The notes: generated by a model not told the origin, from the letters alone. DNA of 64,000 bases from an uncultured Chloroflexia bacterium (GCA_963700285.1 CAVOXA010000010.1:1984001-2048000); one strand, 5' to 3'; positions 21,920 through 32,897 are shown, counted from the stretch's first letter. Numbers and translations: made by a program.

Positions 21920-23221
21920 TCAAGCTGATGAGACCGAGCCGAGGCGAAGGTCTTGTTCTGAGCGCAGTCGAAGGGCCTGTCCTGAGCGAGCGAAGGGCCT
22001 GCGAGCGAAGGCAAGGATCAGATCCACGGCGTCGGCGAAAGCAGCGGTCGTTGATGTGGGCGTCGAGTCTCGATCAGCTCGACCTCGGGCGACAGGGAAT
22101 CTTCCATCGCCTCGGCAAAGGCCCTGTTGGCTGCCTCGTCGTAGAGAATCTCGCCCTCGCGGTTCAGCATGCTAGTAGCCGCGCAGGGGAATCATCACCG
22201 CCCGGGGGCCGCTGGCCGCGTTGAGCCGCTCGGCGACGAGACGGGCCACAGCCGCCATCTCCTCGGCGCTGGCTCGCACGTGGGTGTGGGTGGGCGTGTG
22301 CTGGACCCAGGCCCGGTTGCCCGCAGCTCCTCCGGCAGTGTCCTCAGGAGGCCCGTGGAGCCGGATGTCGGTCGCGCCAGGGGTGACGATCTGGGGGATG
22401 CCCATCCGCCCGGCCGCCTCCAGACGGCCGGGCATGGCCGGCATCGAGCCCGCCGTACAGCAGGTCGGTGATCTCGTGGGGCGAATAGTCGATAACGCCC
22501 TTGACCACGCCGTCGAGGATCAGCTCTTCCATCGCCTGGCCGCCGATGCCGTTGCAGTGGAAGGCAATGACCTCAAAGCCCAATCCCTCCAGCCGCTCCT
22601 TGACGGCCATTACCCCGGCGTGGTGATGCCCGCCTGGGTGATGGCCACCAGCTCCCTGTCTTCCGTACTGGAGGCGACGGAACCTCCTCGACCGAGGCCA
22701 TGGCGACGACGGCCGCCGCTGCCTGGGCCAGGATGCGGCGCGGTGACCCGGTTCAGGCCCAGGATGTCGGCCACCGAGTGGATCATGGTGATGTCCTTGG
22801 TGCCGACGTAGGGACCAAAGGTCGTCTGGCCGCAGGCCACCGTCGAGACCATGACCTTGGGCAGGCCGACCGGCAGGGCGCGCATGGCCGCCGTGGCCAT
22901 GGCCGTGCCCTGAGCGCCGCCGACGCCCACCACGCCGTCCACCCGGCCCTCGGCGTGCAACCGGCCGACGACCCGACCAGTCCGTCGATCATGGCCTGCT
23001 GGCACCGCTGCTTGTCGCCGGTGGCGACCAGGATCGGCCAGCTCCTGTCCGGCGGCCCGGGCCACCTCCTGGCGGGTGATGTCGGCGGCGGATAGCCGGC
23101 TCGCCCAGGATGCCGGGGTCGATGACCAGCGGTGTCTGCCCTCGCTTGGGCAACCTGATCGCGCACATAGCCGACCTCGGGACCCTTTGGTGTCCAGGGT
23201 GCCGATGACGAGAATGTTCAT
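21920..23221 (-). CDS. Tm-1-like ATP-binding (UPF0261) protein 1, frameshifted
   Basis: VIGTLDTKG, GGAQGT, LPVGLPKVMVST, HSVADILGLN, FHCNGIGG and AHIND. Confidence 0.85.
21932..22012. repeat. 3-4 degenerate tandem copies of a ~23-bp REP-like unit (CCTGTCCTGAGCGCAGTCGAAGGG)
   Basis: gagccgaggcgaagg / ttgttctgagcgcagtcgaaggg / cctgtcctgagcgagcgaaggg / cctgcgagcgaagg. Confidence 0.65.
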
Positions 23222-24050
23222 GGCCTCACCCCCAGCCTTGGCCTGCAGCCAGCTGAGCATTCGCCAACCCCTCCTCCACCGACCGCATCATGGTGAAGGA
23301 CGTGCTTCAGGGCCTGGATCAAAGCCGCCGGGTTCGCGCTCTGCCAGATGTTGCGCCCAAAGGTGAGGCCTGCCGCACCGGCCTGTACCACGTCGTGGGC
23401 CATGCGCAGCACGTCGGCGTCAGTCTCCAGCCGGGGGCCGCCGGCAGCCACGACCAGGGCCGGGGAGGCCATCTCGACCACCTGGGCAAAGCTCTCGGCC
23501 GAGCCGGTGTAAAAGGTCTTGACAATGTCCACGCCCAGTTCCATGGCCAGCCGCGAGGCGTAGCCCACCCGCTCGGCGGTAAAGACCTCGTCGGGCGGCA
23601 CCAGCTCGCCGTTGGGGTAGGCGTGGACGATGACCGGCATGCCGGCCTGCTCCGCCTCGCGGACCAGCGCGCCGAGGTTGGACAGCGAGCTGCGGCCTGC
23701 TGCGGGCTGCCGACGGTCAGGGCCATGGCGATGGCATCGGCGCCCAGGCGGACGGCGTCCTCCACCGAGCTGACCCACACATCGTGCTGGGGATGGTAGG
23801 GCGACAGCGTGGAGGATTTCAGGATCAGGGCGACCCGCCCGGCGTAGGGCCGGAAGCAGCGCTGCGGCAGTGCCCTTCATCAGCAGCAGGGCATCGGGAC
23901 CGGCGCTGGCGACTCGGTCCACGACGTCCTGGATGTTCTCCAGGCCAGCCAGAACGCCATAGCTGGGCGCGTGGTCCACCGCGACGGTCAAGATGCGACC
24001 CGATGCCGGGTTTTTCATTCGTCTGGATGCGAATCTCTTTGCCTAGTCAT
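23218..24050 (-). CDS. Class I aldolase, DhnA/LsrF family, frameshifted
   Basis: TVAVDH, SSVEDAVRLGADA, HAYP, ELGVDIVKTFY (Schiff-base Lys) and FGRNIWQ. Confidence 0.85.
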
Positions 24051-24072
24051 TTACAGATTAGACTCCTCTGTC

Positions 24073-25219
24073 TCAGTTATGTTGTCGTCCGCTGCCGTAC
24101 TTCGAGCCCCGCCGCCAGCAGGGCCCGATAGTTCTCCACCGGCACAAAGTCGGGGATCGAGTTGCTGGAGCCCAGCAGCCAGCCGCCGCCGGGCGCCAGG
24201 GCAGCCGCCATCTCGCCGCACCTCGGCCTCGACGTCGGCTGGGCGTGCCGTCGCACAGCGTCTCCTTCAGATCGATGCCGCCGGCCACGGCGATGCGGTC
24301 GCCCCACTGCCGCTTGACGGCGACAATGTCGTTCATCGGCGGCTCGAAGGGATGGATGGCGTCAAAGCCACAGGCCACCAGGTCGGGCAGCAGGCGGGTC
24401 AGGTCGCCGTCGCTGTGCAGGCCCACCGGGATGCCCGCCTGGTGGCAGCGCTCCACGATCTTGACGTACCAGGGATAGACGTACGGCGATAGACCCTGGG
24501 CGAGACCACCGGGCCGCTGTTGTAGCACAGGTCGTCGGGCAGCCAGACGGTGCCCACACAGTCGTGCTGGAGCAGCATCTCCAGCACGGCGAGCTGGCTG
24601 GCTCCCAGCCAGTCGTGCACGTCGCGGACCAGGTCGGGGTCGTCGGCCAGCTTGAGGCAGTAGTTCTCAAAGCCCAGCAGTTGCCAGGCGCCCATAAAGA
24701 CGTAGCCGAGCTGGACCAGCAGCTTCATGCCGGCGGGCAGCAGACCGGCCAGCGCCGCCAGGTAGCCGTCCAGGTCCTCATAGTCCGGGTAGCCGCCCAG
24801 GTCCTCGGGTCGCGGCCAGGGAAAGTCCTCGAAATCGCGCCGGTCGTGGATGAGGGCCTGCTTCCTCGGCGACCCAGCCGCCCGCGGCCCGCGTCCTGCG
24901 CCATGCTGCGTCTTCCGCCACGCCTGTACCAGCCGGGTGGTAGCCCCGCACCACCGAGCGCACCCCGGCCCGCACTGAGACGAAATCGTAGCCGGCGACG
25001 CGCCAAAAGTCTACTTCGTCCGTGATGCTTGGCCACGGGACGACCCAGGATCGCCGCCTTGTGGCTGTTGTGGATCGACATCTCGAACAGCGGCACCCGA
25101 TCGCCCTCACCCTGGCGGAACATGGCCCGGCGAACTCGTTCAAAATCTGGCGAGCCTCCGGATTTCTGGAGGGCCACCTGCGCATCTGACATCGGGGATT
25201 GGGGCGGGTTGCCAATCAT
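24073..25219 (-). CDS. Uroporphyrinogen decarboxylase-family protein 2, many frameshifts
   Basis: PDFERVRRAM...DRVPLFE, LLGFENYC, DDLCYNSG, LHSDGD, IHPFEP and GSSNSIPDFVPVENY. Confidence 0.8.
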
Positions 25220-25230
25220 GATCCCATGTC

Positions 25231-26496
25231 CTATTGCCATCCGGACTGAGCGGCCACATCCTGGGCCGCTTCTCCCTGGAGCAGACCTTGCCATGCACTC
25301 GGCGACGAGGTCGGCGAAGGCGGGATCGTTGAGGTGCAGGTCGGCCACGAAGCAGCGGGAATGTCCAGGCTGCAGCGTCGCCTGGAACTCGTCGATGACG
25401 GCCCGGTTGCCCTCGGGTACGTACAGGCGGCACGCCCTCCTGGTTGGGCCGCGAAAACCCCTTGCCCGGCAGGACGACGATCGTCGGTCCCAGGGCGCGG
25501 TTCAGCCGCTCGATCATCTCCCGGGCGGCGGCGACCATCTCGTCGGCGGTGGGCGCAAAGCAGGTCATCTGCGCATTGTGGACCATGTGCGGCCGGCTCC
25601 GGTACTTTTCCGGCGCTTTTTGCATGCTCTCAAAGAGCACGTAGTCGCTGCCGCCCACCGAGATCACAGCCGGGATCGCCGTCCGGGTGAGGGCCTCCAG
25701 GCGGTTGGGCGCGCCGGCCAGGCCGCCGTGCTGCTGGTCGATCACCTCGTGGGTGCTCAGGTCGATGACGCCCGCGAACTTGCCCTGCTCGATCAGCTGC
25801 TCCATGGCCGGGCCGCTGGTGCCGTTGGCGTGAAAGGGCACCACCTCGTAGCCCTGGCTCTCCAGCGTGGCCTTGACGCGCATCACGCAGGGCGTGGTGA
25901 TGCCCAGCATCGTGATGGCGATGGTCGGCTCGTGGTCTGAGCTTCGGCTTCGGCTAGCGCAGGACCATGCCGGCGATGGCGTTGGCCGCGTTGCGCAGGA
26001 TGGGCCGGCTGATGACATTCAGGCCCAGCACGTCGGTGATCGAGTGCATCATGCACAGGTCCTTGGTGCCGACGTAGGGTCCGAACTGGAAATTGCCGCT
26101 GGCCACGGTGGACAGCATCAGCTTGGGCACACCGATGGGCAGGGCGCGCATGGCCGCCGTGCCGATGGAGGTCCCCTGCCCGCCGCCCAGGCCGACGATG
26201 CCGTGCAGCCGGCCCTGGGCGTGCAGGTCGAGGACGATACGGCACAGGCCCTCGGTCTGGGTGGCGATGGCGTGCGCCTTGTCGCCCCGCGCCAGCAGCG
26301 CTTCCAGCGTCGTGCCCGCCGCCTGGGCCACCTCCTCGCGGCTGACGTCGGCCTCGACCGTCGGCGCCGGCAGGATGCCGGGGTCGATCAGGATCGTGTC
26401 CAGCCCCCAGGCGGCCACGTGGTCGCGGACGTAGGCCGCCTCCTCGCCCTTGGTGTCGAGGGTGGCGACGATGACGACGGTGCGGTTTTCGCTCAT
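25231..26496 (-). CDS. Tm-1-like ATP-binding (UPF0261) protein 2, frameshifted
   Basis: ATLDTKGEE, GGGQGT, LPIGVPKLMLST, HSITDVLGLN, FHANGTSG and LHLNDPAF. Confidence 0.88.
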
Positions 26497-26523
26497 GCAT
26501 CCTTCCTCGCCTGCCATTGCATC

Positions 26524-27365
26524 TCAGATATTGCCAGATTCCACGAAATAGAAGGGCGCGCCCGGCATCGGCTTGCGCCTCTCGCGCAGGGGCATACCCT
26601 CGTAGGGATAGACCGGATGGTCCAGCACCGCTTCGTCGTGGCCGGGCAGGATGAAATCGGCGCGGCGGTCGATCTCTTCCATGCTGCGCCAGCCGTCGAT
26701 CATGCTCACGAAGCGCTGCTGGACCCAGTAGCGCCAGTGCTCTTCGAGCGCGCGGCTCCATGTTGCGGTAGCGGAACACGGCGTCGCCGCAGATGACGCA
26801 TGCTGCCCGCCGCCGTCTCGACCTGGACCGACTGGTGGCCGGGCGTGTGGCCGGGCGTGGGAAAGACGCGCACGCCGGGCACGATCTCGGCCTCGCCCTC
26901 GACCAGCTCGAACTGGCAGCCGACGAACGGCGCCTCGATGCCCAGCGCCGGCGACTCGTAGGAGCGATAGTAGAGCGGCAGGGGGTTGTAGGCCCACTGG
27001 ATCTCGGTGGCGTGGGCCACGTAGCGGGCGTTGCGGTACTTTTTCATGTTGTGGGTGTGATCCCAATGCAGGTGGGTAAAAATGCAGATGTCGATCTCGT
27101 CGGGATCGACGCCCATCTTGCGCAGTTCGTCGGGGCTGTCGAGGCAGTCCTTCTTCTGGCAGGAGTGGTGGTACTTGGTCGCCCGCTCGGCGTCGGGCAG
27201 GCCGGTGTCGACCATGATCTTGTGCTCGCCGGTGTCCACGTAGAAGCAGAGCACCGGGATCTGGATCTTTTTGCCGGGCTCGCCCTTGAAGAACATGTAG
27301 GTGCCCAGGTCGGTCTCGCACCAGCCGGTGTTGATGGGGTAGATCTTGGTTTTCTCTACAGACAT
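26524..27365 (-). CDS. AHL-lactonase/4-pyridoxolactonase-like MBL hydrolase, frameshifted
   Basis: VDTG, THLHWDH, TPGHTPGHQS and LPGHD. Confidence 0.85.
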
Positions 27366-27384
27366 CGTTGTCCTCCTACTGCGT

Positions 27385-28153
27385 CTATGACCACCATGTG
27401 GCCGGAGTCAGAGTCGTGGTCTGTGAGCAATTCCGCCGCCTGGGGCCACAGCGCCGCGACGTACTCGATAGCGGTCGGGCCGGATGCGGATGTCGGCCCA
27501 GACCAGCGGCCAGCCGGTGGCGCTCAGGGCGATGCGGTCGACGACCAGCACCGACGCGCCCTCGGGCAGGCCCAGGACCTCCCGGTCCCGCTCGGTCGCC
27601 GGGACCAGCCGAGTACTGCTCTTGCATCTCCACCAGGACGGCGTGAGTACTTTTCCTCGAGCAGCTTTTGGAAGGAGTAGCGGGTCACGTCGTCGTGCTC
27701 CAGGCCCGGGCAGACGTCGAAGGGCATATAGTTGGTCTGGTTGGCCAGCGCCTGTCTCGTCCACCCAGCGGGTGCGCACGTAGCGGTAGACCGGGCTGCC
27801 CACGCTCGACCCGCAGCTTTTCGGCTGACCAGGGGCGTGGCCGGCTCAACCTCAACCTCGCGCACCTCCGACCTGGGCTTCAAGCCCGAACCGGCGGTGT
27901 GGGTGAAGACGCTGGCAAAGCTCGTGGTGGGCAGTCCCAGGATCCGGAAAGCGTCGCCCTCTCCGGTGACCTCGGCCACGCAGCCCCTTGCGTTAGGCGG
28001 TCAGCAGCGACCTGCCGCATCTGCTCCGGGGTCGCCTGGAACTCGGGCGCCAGGTCGTCCAGCAGCCATGACCTGGCCGCTGGCGCAGCTCGCCCGTCGA
28101 CGATGACCTGCTCAAATCGTCGCTGCAACTGCTCTGGGAAACTCGATGTTCAA
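27385..28153 (-). CDS. GntR/HutC-family regulator with UTRA domain, heavily frameshifted; ends approximate
   Basis: UTRA-like fragments TSFASVFTHT...PRSEVREVEV, VYRYVRTRWVD, QTNYMP and EVLGLPEGASVLVVDRI. Confidence 0.6.
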
Positions 28154-28257
28154 TGATTTCCTGCCAGATCTTCGATACTCACGACAAGCAACCACTGCCT
28201 GGCAGCCATTATACCTCAGGCCATGACATCTCCGGTCAAAAGCCGGCTAGACTTGTA

Positions 28258-28320
28258 GATTATCGATTATCGATGCTTTAGCACACAGGCTTTGACACTC
28301 GCGCCTGGATGTGCTATCAT
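28258..28320 (+). promoter_or_regulatory. Operator plus sigma70 promoter for cyclase-SDR-HOT, in a divergent region
   Basis: GATTATCGATTATCGAT at 28258-28274; TTGACA 28292-28297, 17 bp, TATCAT 28315-28320. Confidence 0.7.
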
Positions 28321-28348
28321 GAATCATCAACTGACGAGGAGGGCAGCG

Positions 28349-29050
28349 ATGAATCTGAAGGGCAAGATTGTCGATCTGAGCCAGGAGATCTATACTGGGA
28401 TGCCGGTCTATCCCGGCCATCTCAAGACGGTCATCTTTACCCACGTCTCCCACGAGGAGAGCCAGCGCCAACTCGGCACTGACTTTTCCTACCAGGCCAG
28501 CGGCATCCTGATGTGCGACCACGGGCCAACCCACATCGACTCTGTCAGCCACCTGTCCCGCGACCCCGATGCGCCCTCGGTGGACGAGATCCCGCTGGAG
28601 CACTGCATCACCTCCGCCATCTGCATCGACGTGAGCGACGTGCCACGCCAGGCCCAGTTCGGCGCGGACAAGATCGAGGCCGAGCTGGAGCGCTGGGGGC
28701 TCGACATCCGCCCTGGCGACACGGTGCTGTTCTACACCGGCCACTATGACCGCTTCTACGGCACGCCCGAGTACATGACCCACCAGCCGGGCCTGACCCG
28801 CGATGCCACCGAGTTCATCATCGACCAGGGCGCCATCAACTTTGGCGTGGATTGCACCAGCCCCGACATGTTCCTGGACAAGACCTACCCCTGCCACACC
28901 GTCTGCGCCGAGCGCCAGGTGACCCACATCGAGAACCTGTGCAACCTGGACAAACTGGTCGGCAAGCGCTTCACCTTTGTCGCCCTGCCGCTCAAGATCC
29001 GCAAGGGCACCGGCTCGCCGCTGCGGGCGGTCGCCATCCTGGACGACTAG
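28349..29050 (+). CDS. Cyclase (kynurenine formamidase-like) family hydrolase 2
   Basis: DLSQEIYTGMPVYPG, DHGPTHIDS, GVD, HIENL and GTGSPLRAVA. Confidence 0.9.
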   Translation: MNLKGKIVDLSQEIYTGMPVYPGHLKTVIFTHVSHEESQRQLGTDFSYQASGILMCDHGPTHIDSVSHLSRDPDAPSVDEIPLEHCITSAICIDVSDVPRQAQFGADKIEAELERWGLDIRPGDTVLFYTGHYDRFYGTPEYMTHQPGLTRDATEFIIDQGAINFGVDCTSPDMFLDKTYPCHTVCAERQVTHIENLCNLDKLVGKRFTFVALPLKIRKGTGSPLRAVAILDD

Positions 29051-29148
29051 CCTGACCGCAAAAATGACGTGGCTGCCTGGGCATCCGCGCATGGTGAGCC
29101 CGCCATTCTGGCTCGCCCACGTCGCTGCAGAGGGCAGGGAGTTCGACC

Positions 29149-29916
29149 ATGAGGTTCCCCGATTTCCGCCTGACCGACAAGATCGCCATCGTGACCGGCG
29201 CCAGCAAGGGGCTCGGCCAGGGCACGGCCCTGGCCCTGGCCGAATGCTGGCGCCCACGTCGTCGTCACCAGCCGCGACCTGGAGCGGGCCGAGCCGGTCG
29301 CCGCCGAGATCCGTGAGCTGGGCCGCGAGGCGCTGCCCCTGGCCCTGGAGGTTCGCGATCGCTGGACAGCATCGAGGCCATGGTCCAGGCGACGCTGGCT
29401 CGCTTTGGCCGCATCGACATCCTGGTCAACAACGCCGGCATCAACATCCCCGAGCCGGCCCTGGAGGTGAGCGAGGAGCATTGGGACCGCGTGCTGGACA
29501 TCAACCTCAAGGGGCTGTTCTTCTGCGCCCAGAAGGTGGGCCAGGTCATGGTCGAACAGGGCCGGGGCAAAATCATCAACATCGGCTCGCAGATGGGTTT
29601 CGTCGGCGGCAAGCTGCGGGCGGCCTATTGCTCCAGCAAGGGCGGCGTCGTGCAGTTGACCAAGGCCCTGGCCATCGAATGGGCGCCGCACGGCGTCAAC
29701 GTCAACGGCGTGGCGCCCACCTTTCTCGAGACGCCCTTTACCGCCGCCATGTTCGAGAACCAAGAGTTCTACGAGGAGGTGGTGGGCAATATTCTGTTTG
29801 GCCGGCTGGGACGAGTTGAGGATGTGCTGGGAGCCATCGTCTTTCTGGCCTCTCCTGCCTCCGACCTGATCACCGGCCATACTCTCCTCGTGGACGGCGG
29901 CTGGACAGCGAAATAG
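29149..29916 (+). CDS. SDR oxidoreductase (paralog of 3730-4525), frameshifted
   Basis: TGASKGLG, NNAG, YCSSKG, LAIEWA and VDGGWTA. Confidence 0.85.
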
Positions 29917-30065
29917 CCCAAAAGGGCGAATGATGAACACTTGTCCGAAAAGGCCCCAGCCCTCCGTTCCCAAATGGACTGCGCCCTTGCGGGCGAAACT
30001 TGCCCCAGGACAAGGGCTCTGGGCGAGTTTACGGCTAGTCCATAGATCTCAACTGGAGGTGCAGT

Positions 30066-31351
30066 TTGAGCGCAGAATTCGAAACCATCATCCCCTTGAT
30101 GATGGCCAAACTGAAATTTGGCCTTGGGGCGACGGAAGAATTGGGCTACGAACTGAAGGCGATGGGCGCCGAGAAGGTTCTGCTCGTCGCCGACAGGCAC
30201 CTGTGGGCCCTCGGCCTGGTGGACAAGGTCAAGACGATCATCGAGGACGAGGGCATCGCACTCACCATCTATGACCAGATCCACATCGAGCCGACTGACG
30301 TCTCGTTCCGCCACGCCATCGAGTTTTCCCAGGGCGTGGAGGTGGACGCCTTTGTGGCCCTGGGCGGCGGCAGCACCATCGACACGGCCAAGGCCATGAA
30401 CCTGTTCTCCACCTACCCCGCCGACCTGTACGACTACATCAACAAGCCCATCGGCAAGGGCAAGCCTGTTCCCGGTCCGCTGCGGCCGATGATCGCCCTG
30501 CCCACCACCGCCGGCACCGGCAGCCGAGACGACGGCCGTCCTCGTCCTCGACCTGCTCGACCTGCATCTCAAGACCGGCATCTCGCACCAGAACATGCCG
30601 GCCGACGATGGCCATCGTCGATCCGCTGAACACGCTGACCACCTCGCCCGAGGTGACGGCGTCGAGCGGCCTGGATGTGTTTACCCACGCCGCCGAGTCG
30701 TTCACCATCAAGCCCTACAACATGCGGCCCAAGCCGGCCAGCCCGGCACAGCGCGGCGCCTACGTCGGCGCCAACCCCATCTCGGATCTGTGGAGCGAGA
30801 AGGCCATCGACTGGGCGGGCGCCTACCTGCGGCGGGCATGCTACAACGGCAACGACCTGGAAGCCCGGACCCACATGGCCATGGGCTCGACCTTTGCCGG
30901 CATCGGCTACGGCAACGCCGGCGTGCACATCCCCCACGCCCTGGGTTATCCCATCGCCGGGCTGGCAAAGGGCTGGATGCCGGATGGCTTTGGCGTTGAC
31001 GAGCCGATGGTGCCCCACGGCATCTCGACAGCTCTGACGGCGCCGGCCTGTTTTCGCTTCACCGCGCCCACGAACCCGGAAAAGCATGCCCGCATCGCCA
31101 AGCTGCTGGGCGTCCACACGGAGGGCTTGTCGGCGAGCGATGTAGCTATGCTGCTGCCAGACGCCATCATCCGTCTGCTGCACGACGTCGGCTGTCCCAA
31201 TGGCCTGTCCGCCGTGGGCTATACAACAGAAGACATACCAAAGATGGTCGAAGGGGGATGGAAGCAGCAGCGGTTGCTGGTGGGAAGCCCGCGCCCGGTC
31301 ACAGAGAGAGACCTCCGCCGGATCCTGGAAGAATCGATGATTCTGTGGTAG
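30066..31351 (+). CDS. Hydroxyacid-oxoacid transhydrogenase (HOT/ADHFE1-like Fe-ADH), frameshifted
   Basis: EPTDVSF, GGGSTIDTAKAMNL, YINKPIGKG, PTTAGTGS, GNAGVHIPH and VPHG. Confidence 0.85.
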
Positions 31352-31461
31352 GGAGCAACGTTCTTTGGTCAGAGGGTAAGCCGAACTGCGGGAAACAACT
31401 CTTGAGAGTATTGGTCCAGGGGACTTGTTGGGGCGAGTAGCCATGCTGCCCCGGCCTGAGG

Positions 31462-32874
31462 TCAGCCCCTCATGGTTGGACTGCTCGCCGAATCGAGACG
31501 CTGCCTCACGCGTGCAGCCCAGGCAGGATCCTTTTCGGGATCCCGTTGATCCGTTGGGACAGTGTCGCCGGCTTCTTCTGTTCCCAGCGCCGGCGGACGG
31601 ATGCGCTGCCGTCTCACCGGGCGTATGGCCGCCACCGAGGACAGGACGCTGGCCAGGTGTTCCAGACTGGCCAGGTTGTGCACGGGAAGAAAATCGTCCA
31701 CGCAAGGCATCACCGTGGCCATCCCCCGCTGAATCGGTTGGAATTGGTCCGAGCCCTTGAGCGGATTAAGCCAGATCAGCCGGTAGGACGAATGCTGCAA
31801 TCGGACCATCTCTTTGAATAGCAGTTGCAGATCACCCCGGTCCCATCCGTCGCTGATGATGAGGACCACTGCTCCGCGCCCCAGTACCCGCCGTGCCCAT
31901 TGAAAATTGAAGGCTTTGAGGGTCTCACCGATGCGAGTCCCTCCCGACCAATCGCGCACGACGGCGCCCAGTTCGTTTAGCGACTCATCCACATCCTTGT
32001 AGCGAAGGTGGTGGGTGATGCGCGTCAGTCTCGTGCCAAAGACAAATGCCTCGACATCGGTATCTTTGAGGCCGTGTGTCAGCGCGTGGATAAAATGTAA
32101 GAGCATGCGCGAGTAGCGTTCCATCGAGCCACTGATGTCACTCAGCACGACCAGCGGGCGGGGGCGAAAGACGCGCCGCCGGTAGGCCAGGTTGATCGGC
32201 TCTCCGCCATGTCGCAGGTTGTCGCGGATCATGCGCCGTAGGTGGATATTGCCCTTGGAGTATGGTCGAATGCGGCGGGTGCGTCGTTCCCCCAGGTTCC
32301 AATCCAGGCTGGCAATGGCCCGTTTGGCTTCCTGGATCTCCTCCCAGGTCATTTCGCCAAAATCTTTGTGGCGAAAGATTTCGTCAGGGCTGTAGATCAT
32401 CTGTTGATCGCGCCCGCCTGCGTCGTTGCCCTCTCCGTCCTGATTGGGTTTGCCGGCCTGGCTTCCATCACCCCCCGGTTCCGTCTCTGGCTTGAAGGCA
32501 GGCGTAGCAGGCAGTCTGGCGCGCTTGACCTCCGCGCCGGACTCGAGTCCCCCGTCCTGGGAAGTCTCACTATCCGTACGCCAGAAGAGATGGAATGCCT
32601 GGTCAAAGACCAGCAAGTCCTCGCGGCGGTTGACCAGCAGTGCGCGGCAGGTATGGTAGAAATCGGAATGGTCGGTGATAGGTACAAACTGCAGCGCCTC
32701 GACCAGGTCAAGGATCTGGCCTGTGCTCACATCCACCCCCATCACGCGGAGCATCTGCCCGAAGCGCAGCATGTGGCCCAGAAGGTGCCCTCCCCCATCG
32801 CGATCGGCTTTGAAATCGGGTCCGGCACCTTTGACCGGCACTTGTCTTGGATCCTCGCCCTTTGTCTCCAGCAC
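31462..32874 (-). CDS. CoxE-like VWA-domain protein
   Basis: MIDAS DISGSMERY, FVFGTRLTRIT, WSGGTRIG, ISDGWD and IWLNP. Confidence 0.9.
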   Translation of the reverse strand: MLETKGEDPRQVPVKGAGPDFKADRDGGGHLLGHMLRFGQMLRVMGVDVSTGQILDLVEALQFVPITDHSDFYHTCRALLVNRREDLLVFDQAFHLFWRTDSETSQDGGLESGAEVKRARLPATPAFKPETEPGGDGSQAGKPNQDGEGNDAGGRDQQMIYSPDEIFRHKDFGEMTWEEIQEAKRAIASLDWNLGERRTRRIRPYSKGNIHLRRMIRDNLRHGGEPINLAYRRRVFRPRPLVVLSDISGSMERYSRMLLHFIHALTHGLKDTDVEAFVFGTRLTRITHHLRYKDVDESLNELGAVVRDWSGGTRIGETLKAFNFQWARRVLGRGAVVLIISDGWDRGDLQLLFKEMVRLQHSSYRLIWLNPLKGSDQFQPIQRGMATVMPCVDDFLPVHNLASLEHLASVLSSVAAIRPVRRQRIRPPALGTEEAGDTVPTDQRDPEKDPAWAARVRQRLDSASSPTMRG

Positions 32875-32897
32875 TAGTTTAGGCTCTCCATGCCAGG

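Noticed and set aside
26524-27365. Quorum-quenching or beta-lactam resistance gene
   Set aside because: It has the MBL fold only and is embedded in a catabolic operon, so a metabolic lactonase is more likely.
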